64,000 nt of DNA from a virus, in IMG/VR virus record IMGVR_UViG_3300027917_000033, positions 23,843 to 87,842 of that record; one strand, written 5' to 3'. Within the stretch, counting starts at the first letter, position 1; each line of letters begins with the position of its first letter. Shown here piece by piece: positions 1-10,684 of the stretch. The translations under genes and the position numbers were made by a program. The notes under the pieces were generated by a model, which was given only the letters and a program-made list of their open reading frames with translations, did not search any database and had not been told where the DNA came from.

Positions 1-650
1 TTGTCCGAATCCAAAAACTTTTGTCTCTTCTTGGGGTCTTCTGCCATCTCTCTTGATCTGACTTCACCTACATTGTAATAACCAATTAGATTGTCGGACT
101 TGTCGCCCATTAGTGCCTTAGTTACAATGACATCGATGGACGGCTTTGGCAACACTTGTTGGTCTTTTGATAACGGATTATATATTGAAACATGGCCGTA
201 TTTGTATGGAATCTGCTGGAAGTCCCCGTCACTTGATACAATTACAGTTTTTCCATTGTTTATCGAGCAGAATGCATATATTAAATCGTCTGCTTCCATA
301 GCAGGCACGTAGTATTGTCTACAATTCATGTCCTGGAAAAACAGAATAGCTAAACTTAATTGGCGTTTCAATTCTTCGCGTATATTGAACCCTAGATCCT
401 TGTACTTATCAACCCTGTGCTCTTTATAATATGGCAGTATGCCTCTGCGCCATACTTCGTTTCTTGGGGCATCCCAAAAGACATGCACGGCTTTGGGTTT
501 TAGTAGATTAATATAATTGCTTAGAAACCTTATCAGTATTACCGCATAATCATGCCCAGTACTCTTAAAATAAGAGTCGTAATAGCCAGCAAAAATTGCT
601 CGATATATCGAGTTTTTGCCATCAATTAGTAGGTGTTCAACATCTTCCAT
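1..650 (-). CDS. 5'-3' exonuclease / T4 RNase H-like flap nuclease (runs off window edge)
   Basis: Manual translation from ATG 650: LLIDGKNSIYRA...VFWD...WRR..LPYYKEHR...EADDLI...IVSSDGDFQQ...LMGDKSDNLIG (FEN/PolI 5'-nuclease motifs). Confidence 0.85.
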   Translation of the reverse strand, partial: MEDVEHLLIDGKNSIYRAIFAGYYDSYFKSTGHDYAVILIRFLSNYINLLKPKAVHVFWDAPRNEVWRRGILPYYKEHRVDKYKDLGFNIREELKRQLSLAILFFQDMNCRQYYVPAMEADDLIYAFCSINNGKTVIVSSDGDFQQIPYKYGHVSIYNPLSKDQQVLPKPSIDVIVTKALMGDKSDNLIGYYNVGEVRSREMAEDPKKRQKFLDSD

Positions 651-658
651 ATAAGGAA

Positions 659-682
659 TGGGGGCAGGTTTCCCTGCCCCCA
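659..682 (-). terminator. GC-rich hairpin downstream of SSB gene
   Basis: GGGGCAGG-tttc-CCTGCCCC inverted repeat. Confidence 0.5.
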
Positions 683-709
683 CCCGCACTACCATGAGCA
701 CCGGAGAGG

Positions 710-1756
710 TTAGATATTATCGTCCTTAATTTGCCCCATTAGTTTTTGTAACTCAGGATCATCGATTTCACTAACTGAAGATTGTGGCTCTGGCGCTGAT
801 TTTGGTGCTGGCGCTGACGCCTTCTCTGGTTGCGTCGATTTGGTGCTGCTTGGCATACACTCCTCTTCGTCTTCGTCACTCTTTGGCGTGCTTTTCTTTG
901 GTGCATCCTTAGGCGTTTCAAGGGCATCTGTGCTTCCGGTGCCGACTTTACTCAGCATTTCGGTCAGAGCAGCAACATCTCTAGGTGGCACCTTATCCCA
1001 GATATCAAAACGCTGGTCAAGAATCGTTTGAATTTCATCGCTTGAATCTGCCAACTGGTATTTGCTGGTCAAAAACTTGGACTTTTCGTAGTTATTGTAC
1101 CCGCCCTTGTGCGTTATTTCAAGCTGGAAGATCAAGCATTCGTGTGGATCATAGAAGATGCCCCATGGAAGCGGATCCTCAGCATCTCCTGGTCCACTAC
1201 GCATTAATACTTCTTCAGTCTTATCAAAGACTGTTTTTGGCATATTGTACCACATCACCTTACCATGTAGGTCAGTTGGGTTAACTTTCGACGGTGGGAA
1301 GTAAATGTTGACATTGAATGATGGCCTCGGCAGATATAGCTTGCTGATCCTCCTGCGTTCTTCTTCAATGTCAGTCTGGTTTCTGAGCTCGAAGCCCAGC
1401 TCACACCATGGGCATTGCTCGTCGTCAAATAGCCTTGGGCATCCGTATGGCCTAGTATTGATCCAATGCAGCCCGCCATTTACCGAGAAAGATACTTCTA
1501 CAAGTCGTCTCTCTTCGATGGTTTCGGCTGATGGTTCTTGCCCGGCAACTTTATACATGGTTTTTGTTACTGTGCCCCCAGCGCACTTCTCCCCCTTTAT
1601 CAGCCCAGGCAATATGATAAATCTGAATTTAGCTGTTTCATCAGGTTTTACGTTAGGGGGCCTAAATTGATTTGGGTCTCTACTCCCACTTTTCTGTTCT
1701 TTCATTCCCTTTTGAATTTTAGCTAACAATTTTTGCCTCTGTTCTGAATCCATCAC
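710..1756 (-). CDS. T4 gp32-like single-stranded DNA-binding protein
   Basis: FRFIILP, His/Cys zinc ligands (HW..CPR..CPWC), YNNYEKSKF, long acidic/low-complexity tail; replication context. Confidence 0.75.
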   Translation of the reverse strand: MMDSEQRQKLLAKIQKGMKEQKSGSRDPNQFRPPNVKPDETAKFRFIILPGLIKGEKCAGGTVTKTMYKVAGQEPSAETIEERRLVEVSFSVNGGLHWINTRPYGCPRLFDDEQCPWCELGFELRNQTDIEEERRRISKLYLPRPSFNVNIYFPPSKVNPTDLHGKVMWYNMPKTVFDKTEEVLMRSGPGDAEDPLPWGIFYDPHECLIFQLEITHKGGYNNYEKSKFLTSKYQLADSSDEIQTILDQRFDIWDKVPPRDVAALTEMLSKVGTGSTDALETPKDAPKKSTPKSDEDEEECMPSSTKSTQPEKASAPAPKSAPEPQSSVSEIDDPELQKLMGQIKDDNI

Positions 1757-1761
1757 TCCTC

Positions 1762-2247
1762 CTAAGTCGATTCTCTCTGCTCTTGGCGCTTAAATCCAGC
1801 TAATGACCGGAGATGGTCAGATTTCATCTTGATTGCGTCAACTATGTTGTATAACTTACCCATAGTTCTATTCGCAAGGATAAGTTGAGTCTCTATCCTT
1901 AATAGCTCATCATCCTTTTCGACCAATTCCCTAAATACCTTTTCCGGGATTTTTGGCCAATCTTCTTTTCTCGATTCCTGTATGATCATTTCATAGGCTA
2001 TAGCTCTTCTCCTTTTTGCTTTTCTATCTAAACTTGCTACTGTCGCTTTCTGTTCGCTATATACAGCAGCCCAAAATGCAAACTCTTGCGGAGTTGTAGT
2101 TAGGTCTTCCTCCAATGTTTCGTAGTCAATCTTTAAATCGGGTCTGAAGTCTCTTTCTACGATATTCTTTTCACCCATATCGACTCTGATTCTGATAACC
2201 CGCTTTATTAAATCTTCACTCAGATTCTCTGAGAACCAGTCCTTCAT
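1762..2247 (-). CDS. UvsY-like recombination mediator (helical)
   Basis: Coiled-coil 161 aa with a C-terminal IVDAIKMKSDHLRSL pattern; lies next to SSB. Confidence 0.5.
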   Translation of the reverse strand: MKDWFSENLSEDLIKRVIRIRVDMGEKNIVERDFRPDLKIDYETLEEDLTTTPQEFAFWAAVYSEQKATVASLDRKAKRRRAIAYEMIIQESRKEDWPKIPEKVFRELVEKDDELLRIETQLILANRTMGKLYNIVDAIKMKSDHLRSLAGFKRQEQREST

Positions 2248-3353
2248 CTGAAATCCCTATAAAATTTCCATTCTTTCCAAACCTTCCCGATATATACTCT
2301 CAACGGGAATCTTGGGAACTCATCTAGCGGCTTTATCATGATATCAGATGCGGCTTTTATGATATGTGGAACCAATCCGGGCCTGCTAGCAAATACGACC
2401 GAATCATGTGTTTCAGTCACCAGATACTTCTTTAATTCAGGTGCCATGCGTATCAAGCTTGATTGCATAGCATGCGCAACCGTTCCCTGCAGCACAGCAT
2501 TAAATACACTTTTTTCGTCTCTGTCACCAATTTTAAATCGTCTACCTAGCAAAGAACTCAGGTAGCCATCCTTTGCCAACTTTTGTGCCTGTTTGATCAT
2601 CCACTCTCTTAATTCAGGAAATACTTCCAATATTGGTGACTCCAAATCTATCGAGTATATTGTTCTAAGATATAGTCTTTTGCATTCATCACGAGGTATG
2701 TCTAATGCTTCGCTCAGCATCGTGTGTGGGTCTGACTTCTGAAAGCTCTCATTTAGGTATTCGTCATTAGAAAACGCTGCGGCAGCTCTAATGTCAGCTG
2801 CTATCCAATCAAGACAGACTAATACGTCTTCGTCATTGCCGGTGTTTATTGGCGTACCATTCGTTATGCCTTGCATGTTATATCTAGTACATCTAGACCT
2901 ACCTGTAAACGTATCCAATTCATAGCTAGGGTAGACACGTTGCTCATCTAGGTACAATTCTCTGCTTTCCATAACCTTATAGACTTCAGCGCTTCTGCCA
3001 AGCAAGTTCCGCCATTTGGTCGGTTGTGGGTTGGCGCTGATGATTGTTTGGAATAACATCGCAAGTTGCTTGTCGCTTGCTCCGTTCGGTACGTGAATAT
3101 TTAACTGGTTAAGCTTGCTGGTATCGAGTATGTTGAAAGCGTAGAGATGTGCTTTAGGGTTGTTTAGTAGAACCTGTGTTTTGCTTGATGTAATTATTTC
3201 TGATATCTGACTGATAGTTTTGTTAACTTCATACAAAGTTTTCCCGGTCCCCTTAGCATACAATGGGTATGTGCTATTGTGCTCGCCATCGTTTATAAAT
3301 GTAACTAGCGGCTTTGGTGGCGTGTTGCTATCGAATGCCGTAAAGATGATCAT
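2244..3353 (-). CDS. Compact family A DNA polymerase-like protein (polymerase core only)
   Basis: TFTGR, motif A LDWIAADIR, motif B RDECK...IYS, NAVLQGT, motif C ETHDS. Confidence 0.75.
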   Translation of the reverse strand: MIIFTAFDSNTPPKPLVTFINDGEHNSTYPLYAKGTGKTLYEVNKTISQISEIITSSKTQVLLNNPKAHLYAFNILDTSKLNQLNIHVPNGASDKQLAMLFQTIISANPQPTKWRNLLGRSAEVYKVMESRELYLDEQRVYPSYELDTFTGRSRCTRYNMQGITNGTPINTGNDEDVLVCLDWIAADIRAAAAFSNDEYLNESFQKSDPHTMLSEALDIPRDECKRLYLRTIYSIDLESPILEVFPELREWMIKQAQKLAKDGYLSSLLGRRFKIGDRDEKSVFNAVLQGTVAHAMQSSLIRMAPELKKYLVTETHDSVVFASRPGLVPHIIKAASDIMIKPLDEFPRFPLRVYIGKVWKEWKFYRDFR

Positions 3354-3742
3354 GTATAATATTGGCGCTTCTTCTTCGGCTTTCGTAGATTGTTTTTTAT
3401 CTCGTCAACTTCTCCGGGTTGCCTAAGACTTGCGTATGGGTCTTCTCCTTTGTCTAGCTTGTATAGATCCATGTCTCTTTGACAACCTTTTCTGTCGAGA
3501 TAGCCATATCCACGAATGTAAGATACTGGTGCGCCAATGCCCTCAAGAGTTTTGATGGCTTCTCCGTTGCATAGAGGGCACTTGATAGGTGGGTCCAATA
3601 ACATCCGATGTCTTTCTTCCCATACTAAATCACCGCTCTTTACAGCGACAATTGTATTTTTTATGGTATTCTTTTTGCCTGTTTGTTTCTTAAGATCATC
3701 AAATTTACACCCCTTAGCACATCTATAATGATATGTTGGCAT
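3350..3742 (-). CDS. FmdB-like zinc ribbon protein
   Basis: MPTYHYRC..GC...CPLC. Confidence 0.65.
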   Translation of the reverse strand: MPTYHYRCAKGCKFDDLKKQTGKKNTIKNTIVAVKSGDLVWEERHRMLLDPPIKCPLCNGEAIKTLEGIGAPVSYIRGYGYLDRKGCQRDMDLYKLDKGEDPYASLRQPGEVDEIKNNLRKPKKKRQYYT

Positions 3743-5065
3743 TTAACCTCCTATGGCTTTGTATGGATCTACCTGGACAACCATTGTATCATAATTTACT
3801 TTAGCGCTCAATGTTCTGAATCTCGGCCCATTCCTGTTTTTGGCTATATAAAATCTGATACGATTCTGCTTGTATTCGTCAGGAGTTTGGTTTAGACTAA
3901 CCACATAATCTGAAGGCATCATTTTGCCATATGATTCTGCTGCGCGATTGACGTCGATCAAATTGCCGCCATCACCAGGTCCGTTCTTGCCTTTGTCTTT
4001 CTTGACTTCCCTATTTGTCTGTGTTGCAGTAAACAGCAATACATTTTCCTTCTTGGCCAACCCACGCAACTCAGTAGATACGCTCTTTTGCTTTATATAA
4101 TCTTCCTTATTATATGCGGACCGCCTTGAAACCATCAGCTCCAAATAATCGATGATAACCACATCAGGGTTCCAGCCCTTCGTCCTCTTTAACCACTTTA
4201 TGACCTGGTGTATAGTATCGACACTAATTTCATCTGGCGGAAACTCATAAATTATTATATCACCGCTAGACCCGGCACGTTCTCTATCAATTCGTTCAAC
4301 CATTCTGTCTTTGTTTGAATATCTTTGTGAAATCGGCATTCTAGTAAAGACACCGCTGTACCTCAATTTAGTCTTGTGTGTTGAGATCTCCAATGTTATG
4401 TGCAGGACTTTCTGGTTTGCTCTGAAGCACATAGCACCGGTATTGACTAGTATCATAGTTTTCCCAATACCGGTTGGTGCCATCCAGACAAAAACATCGC
4501 CCTTTGTTGGCCCACCCTCATTGATCCATCTATCAAGATCTTTAAAGCCGGTCGTAAGTTTTACCTCTGTGCTTGTATCAAATATCGTTTGATATGTCTT
4601 AAAGAATTGATCACCAGTCTGTGATACATCTACTATCCTTTGGGCATTTTCTACTATGTCGCCCAATGAGTCAAAATCGCCTCTGTCATATGCATCCATT
4701 GCGTCTTTGCTGTATAGTAAACCGTAAGCTTTTTCTCTTGCCCATCCGATAAGAGTGTCTTTGACAACCGGGATCTCCCTTGGATCAGATTCGCGGTCGA
4801 TTATGTCTATGACGTCCTGGTATTCGTCATCTACTGTAAGCCTTTTTAATGCTATATCTTTAACCATCTCCCGTGTTGGTACGATTTCGTGCTGCTCATA
4901 CAACATATCTATGATTGCGAACACGTATTGTACGGCAGGATTGTTGAAATATTTTACGTCGAGGTGTTGGCCAACTGAACTATAAAATTCTGGTGAGGAG
5001 AATGCTAATGATATTATTGCTTTTTCTTCATTTGGTCCAAATGGTTGGTTAAGACTCTGATCCAT
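3743..5065 (-). CDS. Replicative DNA helicase (DnaB / T4 gp41-like)
   Basis: APTGIGKT Walker A, ITLE, IIDYLEL, TATQTNR, IAKNRNG. Confidence 0.9.
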   Translation of the reverse strand: MDQSLNQPFGPNEEKAIISLAFSSPEFYSSVGQHLDVKYFNNPAVQYVFAIIDMLYEQHEIVPTREMVKDIALKRLTVDDEYQDVIDIIDRESDPREIPVVKDTLIGWAREKAYGLLYSKDAMDAYDRGDFDSLGDIVENAQRIVDVSQTGDQFFKTYQTIFDTSTEVKLTTGFKDLDRWINEGGPTKGDVFVWMAPTGIGKTMILVNTGAMCFRANQKVLHITLEISTHKTKLRYSGVFTRMPISQRYSNKDRMVERIDRERAGSSGDIIIYEFPPDEISVDTIHQVIKWLKRTKGWNPDVVIIDYLELMVSRRSAYNKEDYIKQKSVSTELRGLAKKENVLLFTATQTNREVKKDKGKNGPGDGGNLIDVNRAAESYGKMMPSDYVVSLNQTPDEYKQNRIRFYIAKNRNGPRFRTLSAKVNYDTMVVQVDPYKAIGG

Positions 5066-5384
5066 TAGGAAAATGCTTATCAATCAGTTCATTGATTTTG
5101 TTTAGTTTTCTGGTTAGGGCAGCTCTAACCAGAAGAAAGGCTTCCTCCATGCCTATCAGTTCTCTTTCATCAAAATACATCGTCCTTGGGTTCTTGAGAT
5201 CTACCATGTCCATGACAGTAGCTTCAGATGGCAATCTCTGAGCAACGTCTATTGTGTAAAGCCATTTGCCCCTTATCCTGGTGACCCCTGTAATTTGATA
5301 CGCTTCTAAATGACCGATTTTGGCCGATGCTAGAAGATATACTATATCAGTTATGCTCCACGTCGGCGCAGGCGTCGTCGTCAT
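5049..5384 (-). CDS. hypothetical protein
   Basis: ORF tightly packed in operon. Confidence 0.6.
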   Translation of the reverse strand: MTTTPAPTWSITDIVYLLASAKIGHLEAYQITGVTRIRGKWLYTIDVAQRLPSEATVMDMVDLKNPRTMYFDERELIGMEEAFLLVRAALTRKLNKINELIDKHFPNGSES

Positions 5385-6396
5385 TCTTGATTCTCCTAAG
5401 CGGCATCATTTCATCTAGAACTGCTTCCATCAGCTCGTCATAGATTTCCTGGTTATTTTTGAGGAATTCTACAGCCGCTTGTTTTCCATTGCCGACTCTA
5501 AAATCATTGTAACTATACCATGATCCTGACTTGTCAAGCTTTTTGCTCTTCACGCCAAGATCAATAATTTCCGATTCCCTACATATTCCTTCACTAAAAA
5601 CGATGTCGAATTCTGCTTTCCTGAATGGTGGTGCTACTTTATTCTTAATGACATTGGCTCTTACCCTGTTGCCTATTTTGTCTTTACCGTCTCCACTGTC
5701 TCCACCTCCCTTGGGTGCATCGATAGATGACACACGCCTCAAATCGATTCGCACGGAGGCATAAAATTTCAATGCACGCCCACCGGGAGTGGTTTCTGGG
5801 CTGCCAAACATCACGCCTATTTTCTCCCTCAATTGGTTGATAAAAACTAGCGCGGTCTTGCTTTTATTAACGATACCTTTAAGCCTACGACAGGCTTTCG
5901 ACATCAATTTAGCCTGGGCACCGATATTCGCATCCTTGTACTCACCGTCTAATTCAGCCTGTGGAACCAATGCGGCCACCGAGTCAATTATTACAATGTC
6001 TATTTTGTTTGATTTACACAGGATCTCAGCTATTTCAAGAGCCTCTTCGCCACTATCTGGCTGTGAAATCATCAACTCATCGATATTAACGCCGATATTT
6101 CTGGCGTATTGAAAATCCAATGCGTGTTCTACGTCAACAAACGCTGCCGTACCACCTCGTTTTTGGGCTTGTGCTATGGTTTCTAGCGCGAGGGTCGTCT
6201 TGCCGCTTGCTTCTGGGCCGAATACCTCGCATATGCGCCCCCTCGGGATTCCGCCAACGCCAAGAGCTATATCTAAATTAATAGACCCGCTTGGAATTGA
6301 TTCAATGTTCTTGTTGACGACTGTATCACCACGGATAATTGCGCCTTCGCCAAATTTCTTGCGTATTTCTTCAAAAGGATCAATCTGATCTACCAC
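5347..6396 (-). CDS. recA: Recombinase RecA (bacterial type)
   Basis: [57 protein letters not shown]. Confidence 0.97.
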   Translation of the reverse strand: MVDQIDPFEEIRKKFGEGAIIRGDTVVNKNIESIPSGSINLDIALGVGGIPRGRICEVFGPEASGKTTLALETIAQAQKRGGTAAFVDVEHALDFQYARNIGVNIDELMISQPDSGEEALEIAEILCKSNKIDIVIIDSVAALVPQAELDGEYKDANIGAQAKLMSKACRRLKGIVNKSKTALVFINQLREKIGVMFGSPETTPGGRALKFYASVRIDLRRVSSIDAPKGGGDSGDGKDKIGNRVRANVIKNKVAPPFRKAEFDIVFSEGICRESEIIDLGVKSKKLDKSGSWYSYNDFRVGNGKQAAVEFLKNNQEIYDELMEAVLDEMMPLRRIKNDDDACADVEHN

Positions 6397-6634
6397 TTTT
6401 GTGCTCCTTAATCTTCCGGTTTATATAGCTTTGTGGGCTGTAAGACGCGACTAGTCTTATCGCGTTCAATGGCGCTCTCACTATTGTTTCGTCTTTGGCT
6501 ATCATCACATCATATCCGACTATAGCTACTATTGACCAGTCGCCGTCTGGTGTGGCTGCTCTGCCACGTGGGCCAGATACGAATTTAATATTCTTAGCAG
6601 AGATAATTCTAACTATGTCAAATTGCTTTAGCAA
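6380..6634 (-). CDS. hypothetical protein (SH3-like beta)
   Basis: ORF overlapping recA start. Confidence 0.55.
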   Translation of the reverse strand: MLKQFDIVRIISAKNIKFVSGPRGRAATPDGDWSIVAIVGYDVMIAKDETIVRAPLNAIRLVASYSPQSYINRKIKEHKSGRSD

Positions 6635-6651
6635 TTTCTCAGCATCCTAAT

Positions 6652-6659
6652 CAAATGTA
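6652..6659 (+). promoter_or_regulatory. candidate phage late-promoter motif CAAATGTA
   Basis: Recurrent CAAA(T/A/G)RTA upstream of gene starts; AGGAGG RBS follows. Confidence 0.4.
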
Positions 6660-6686
6660 AATATAGATAAGGTATAGGAGGAAAGA

Positions 6687-7379
6687 ATGGCTCTCACCGA
6701 TAAAGAAAAAGCTTTACTAGAAGCAATTTCTACCATGCTTAAGCAGGACGCAAAGCTTGGGTTGCCCATTTCTAGCGAGACCTCACATACTTCTCAGTTT
6801 AGGTGGGAAGGTATTGATGACGCTTTCGCGCTGAAAGTATCTAAGTCTCCATTTGCTGAATCTATCAGCTCGGCTTTCTTTGCTGTGCATAGCCACAAAT
6901 ATATTGACAATCCGACGTTCAAATTATCTTTTGACAGAGAGATGTCCGCCAGGGCTGTACCGACGCCAGAGAAAGAACGTGCATTCAAATACTTAGAAGA
7001 AATGACAAAGGAACTATCCGGCACCAAACTATCTGAACATGATGCTGGATGGAATCCTAATATAGCAGATATTGCCGATATGACAAGGAATGCTGATAAT
7101 AGGGATTCAGAACAGAGCAAGCCATTCACTGGTGGTGGGCCCGCCCCAGATGGTGAAAGGGGCGGGAAGGGTGGAATCTACATGGAAGGATTCGAAGACG
7201 AAATCAAACACGACGGCTGGACGATAACATATAAGGTCACACCGGCTGATGATTCCATGAAACTCACGTTGGTAGAGGCCAAAAACGAGTCTGAATCGGT
7301 GGTTGATCAAGAAGAGATCCTCAAAAAACTCGATATGGCTGAAGAAGAATTCTGGAAATTAATTGCTAATGGTAATTGA
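6687..7379 (+). CDS. hypothetical protein (acidic, possibly virion)
   Basis: Strong RBS, 230 aa ORF. Confidence 0.7.
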   Translation: MALTDKEKALLEAISTMLKQDAKLGLPISSETSHTSQFRWEGIDDAFALKVSKSPFAESISSAFFAVHSHKYIDNPTFKLSFDREMSARAVPTPEKERAFKYLEEMTKELSGTKLSEHDAGWNPNIADIADMTRNADNRDSEQSKPFTGGGPAPDGERGGKGGIYMEGFEDEIKHDGWTITYKVTPADDSMKLTLVEAKNESESVVDQEEILKKLDMAEEEFWKLIANGN

Positions 7380-7686
7380 TGAGCAATCACTCCAAACAAT
7401 ATCTAGCAGGCTAAGAAACCCGCTCGAAAGAATATGTCTAACCGGTATTGATGAATGGAATCCCATATTCTCAAATGGATATGGGTTTGGCAGTGATAAA
7501 TTAGTCATACGGATGAAACCTGTCCACGATATCGACACAGATATAATTGGAATAGATACCAATCACATATTAGAAGTATTGCGTATAATGATCGGTGACA
7601 TATGCTCCATTGAAGATCTAGAAGTTGTGCAGAGAGATGGATGCACAGGATTCTTTATTGTAGTAGATCTTAATGAACTTATCTAA
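7363..7686 (+). CDS. hypothetical protein
   Basis: ORF overlapping neighbours. Confidence 0.55.
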   Translation: MLMVIDEQSLQTISSRLRNPLERICLTGIDEWNPIFSNGYGFGSDKLVIRMKPVHDIDTDIIGIDTNHILEVLRIMIGDICSIEDLEVVQRDGCTGFFIVVDLNELI

Positions 7687-7990
7687 TTTACACACGATGA
7701 GAATAGCTTTTGACAAATACAAAGCTTTGCTAACTAAAGAACTAGACCCCAATAGCCCAGAATTAACCGGGCAGCCAGCAGAGCCAACACTAGGCCTGCC
7801 ATCACAACCAGCTAGAAGTGGTGTACAGGACACCCCGCTTAAAACGCGCCACAGGAAATATTTCGGCGCATATACAAATCAACCAGCCACTGATAAGATT
7901 GGGTACCCAGATCAGGTGTGGAGCAACATCAAATCATTAAGCCCTAGCAGCAAGAAAATCAGACCATACAACGTCAACAGCCATCATTGA
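7673..7990 (+). CDS. hypothetical protein
   Basis: ORF in operon. Confidence 0.55.
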   Translation: MNLSNLHTMRIAFDKYKALLTKELDPNSPELTGQPAEPTLGLPSQPARSGVQDTPLKTRHRKYFGAYTNQPATDKIGYPDQVWSNIKSLSPSSKKIRPYNVNSHH

Positions 7991-8748
7991 CGTTCAAAAA
8001 TACCGCCACCATTACACTTTGGGCATGTTTGCTTTGGGTCTGTGCGAGCCTTGCCGCTGCCGCCGCATGCAGGGCAATCATTGATATTGTATCCACTTTT
8101 GCCGAAATGGTGAGAGTTGTCATTGGCCTTCGATGCTGCTGCCATAGATTCAAACCTTCTCTGTAGTTCGCGATTTCCAGTCTTAACAATTCTTATGTCG
8201 GTATTTCCGCCTTCGTTGTCAAATATCCTCTTTGGTAGCGGAATTGGTCCTCTGGTTGATGTCTCGACTACTTGATTCTCTTTGGCAGTAGTTTGTATTT
8301 TGCAATATGCGAGATCCTTTTGGCTGTATCCTGAGTGGCTTTCGACGCCGCTTGGCGGTTGTGTTGTTGGCTCTACTGGTGTGGGGCTCTCTGCTATCGG
8401 CTCAGCAATTGGCTGCTTTGTTTGCCTGTTTTTCTGGGGCACCAGCTTATGTGGTTTTGTGCTTATTGGTGCTGGTTTATGAACTGGTGGTTGCTTGCTT
8501 ATAACTGGTATATTGTTGATATCAACCCCAAGCTCAGCAGCAAGTTCCTGGAGCTGTTTCATTTTCTGCTGTCGCTTCTGTTCTTCAAGCCTATTCTTAC
8601 TATCTCTTTCGAGTTGCTGTCTGATAGACTTTGGGGTCTGGTCTTCGCAATTCTCACACAAAGCTACAGTATGTGGTTGTCCATCAACTTTAACGGTCAG
8701 GGTAGTATTTAAATTGACAGAACCACAAAACAAACATTTACCGGCCAT
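7984..8748 (-). CDS. zinc-finger protein with DnaJ-type CxxCxGxG repeats
   Basis: N-term CLFC/CENC; C-term CPACGGSG...CPKCNGGG. Confidence 0.65.
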   Translation of the reverse strand: MAGKCLFCGSVNLNTTLTVKVDGQPHTVALCENCEDQTPKSIRQQLERDSKNRLEEQKRQQKMKQLQELAAELGVDINNIPVISKQPPVHKPAPISTKPHKLVPQKNRQTKQPIAEPIAESPTPVEPTTQPPSGVESHSGYSQKDLAYCKIQTTAKENQVVETSTRGPIPLPKRIFDNEGGNTDIRIVKTGNRELQRRFESMAAASKANDNSHHFGKSGYNINDCPACGGSGKARTDPKQTCPKCNGGGIFERQ

Positions 8749-8759
8749 GGAGACCTCCG

Positions 8760-9161
8760 ATGGAAGATAAGATAGAAATCATCGAACTTGGATTGGACGA
8801 AGATCTTAAGAAGGATATTGAGGATTCGGCTAAATTGTCAGACGACATACAAATTAAATTGAAAAACCAAGTACAAGGTATGACCAAACAAATGATAAAT
8901 AAGAAAGCCCAAGAAAAGAAAAAATGGGAAGGAAAGTTAGATATTATATATGAAATTCTGTTAGAATCATACGAACGTGATCCACAGAAGCATGTTCCCA
9001 AAACTACCATAATAGAAGCCATATCGTGTAGTGACAAAGAACTATCAAGTACGATCTTGCGGTTTAAGCGTTATTTAAGAACCACCAAGGAAGACAAGTG
9101 GACATTGATGCGTAAAAAGGTTAGGGGCATAACTAGTTACGCACTTGCTCCCTTTGCCTAA
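8760..9161 (+). CDS. hypothetical protein (possible winged HTH)
   Basis: ORF 133 aa. Confidence 0.55.
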   Translation: MEDKIEIIELGLDEDLKKDIEDSAKLSDDIQIKLKNQVQGMTKQMINKKAQEKKKWEGKLDIIYEILLESYERDPQKHVPKTTIIEAISCSDKELSSTILRFKRYLRTTKEDKWTLMRKKVRGITSYALAPFA

Positions 9162-9858
9162 GCCCAACAATCAATCTGCACAGCAAGCTAACCTGTCTAC
9201 TAAAAGCCTCTTTTCTAACTTTGTCGGCTAAATTTCTAGGAGATGGATGATATATTGCAAATATTTTCTTGCCAGCCAATTCTGAGTGAGTTAGCTTCCC
9301 AAGGGCTTTTGCGTATATTGCGTCCGGGCAGAAATGGTTGAATGAAATAGCTCCAAGCGTAATCAAAAAATCTGGGTTTAATATGGCAAGTTCCATTTGC
9401 AAGAACGGGTGGCATTTCTGGATACTATCATACTCTGGCTTAGCATTATTTTCTGTATAGCATTTGCAAATGTTGGTTATGTAAAAATCCTTCCGTTCTA
9501 AACCATTCTTTTCTATTTCTCTGTTGAAATTTATGCCAGCTTGCCCCACGAATGGTTCATCCTGATGGCACTCATTGACTCCTGGATTTTGCCCGACTAT
9601 CATATACTTACTAGGTGTCATAGTGCTAAATACATGCTGGTCATACCCGTAGTGTTTTCTGCCGAGATGGCACATGATGCAATCTTTACAAGTGTCTCTT
9701 AGCGATCTCAGCATTGTTATTCTGTCGTCGTTCACTGGTTTCCAATCGAAGTGTCTGATCTCCCTAACAATTCTATCTTCTTCACTGTTGTACACTAAAT
9801 AATTTCCGAATCGAAGTGGCAATATCATAAAAATAATCCCATCTAGCATTACTACCAA
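9133..9858 (-). CDS. Uracil-DNA glycosylase family 4
   Basis: CxxCxxC Fe-S cluster ligands, VGQNPG, PFVGQAG, YITNICKC, YHPS. Confidence 0.9.
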   Translation of the reverse strand: MVVMLDGIIFMILPLRFGNYLVYNSEEDRIVREIRHFDWKPVNDDRITMLRSLRDTCKDCIMCHLGRKHYGYDQHVFSTMTPSKYMIVGQNPGVNECHQDEPFVGQAGINFNREIEKNGLERKDFYITNICKCYTENNAKPEYDSIQKCHPFLQMELAILNPDFLITLGAISFNHFCPDAIYAKALGKLTHSELAGKKIFAIYHPSPRNLADKVRKEAFSRQVSLLCRLIVGLRQREQVRN

Positions 9859-10684
9859 TACATGTTATGCCATCTTCTTCTAAGCGCGATAGGATTCCAG
9901 CCGGTGGAGCGCCAAGTGGGAAAGCTTCCTTGATGCTTGTTTCGGCTATTATTTTATATCTATTCTTCGTCATACGTGAAAATAACTCTTCGGCGAATGG
10001 GACCGATTCATTTGAAAAGAATTGATATAGCCCATCACCAATCATATTAACTTTCCAAAATGGGATTTGTTTGTCACCTATGAATACTCTTTGAGCGCCT
10101 TCTAAATTGAAGAAATTAGTATTTATCAAGAATAAGTAGTAATCGGAGGATTCCAGATCAGCCTGCATTCCACAGATATTCATCAAAGCGTTTAGTGGTA
10201 TAGTGCTGATGATAGAGTCGTACTGGGTTGGTTTGTCATTTATTACGATGTAATGGTCTTTAATTGACGATACAACGGTATTAATATTTCTTTTAATTTC
10301 GTCGCTATACTTGTCAAGCAGCAAATCGTGCAAGAATTTTGCGGCAATGAACGCAGAACCCTCATTGCAAAGAAGGTGCGATGCTAACGGGTGTGGATTG
10401 TCACCATAAATCTTATCTATAACCGGCCCAATCCAGGCTTTCTTGTTAAATAGTAACTCCCCACCGAGCGACACCGCCACTGGGAAATACAGTGGGATTG
10501 CATTGATGGCCAAGTCGTCTAATAGTTTTGTTGTCTCATCAGTGCGTTTTATTTCAGCGTCTGCTGTCGGTATGTTGAACGAATAGTATCGTGACTTTTT
10601 AAATGGAATAATCTTATAACTCGGCCCAAGAACATGGCGAGCTATAAGGCCGTTTATACCGCTGCCCAATACGAACTTATTCAA
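9782..10684 (-). CDS. FAD/NAD(P)-binding oxidoreductase-like protein
   Basis: VLGSGINGL dinucleotide-binding motif, IISTIPL, GSNARW. Confidence 0.65.
   Translation of the reverse strand: MNKFVLGSGINGLIARHVLGPSYKIIPFKKSRYYSFNIPTADAEIKRTDETTKLLDDLAINAIPLYFPVAVSLGGELLFNKKAWIGPVIDKIYGDNPHPLASHLLCNEGSAFIAAKFLHDLLLDKYSDEIKRNINTVVSSIKDHYIVINDKPTQYDSIISTIPLNALMNICGMQADLESSDYYLFLINTNFFNLEGAQRVFIGDKQIPFWKVNMIGDGLYQFFSNESVPFAEELFSRMTKNRYKIIAETSIKEAFPLGAPPAGILSRLEEDGITCIGSNARWDYFYDIATSIRKLFSVQQ

Noticed and set aside
5347-6396. Cellular chromosome origin suggested by bacterial recA, dnaE and tRNAs
   Set aside because: Context is phage-like (gp32, gp41, gp46/47-like genes, dense hypotheticals); no ribosomal or core cellular operons
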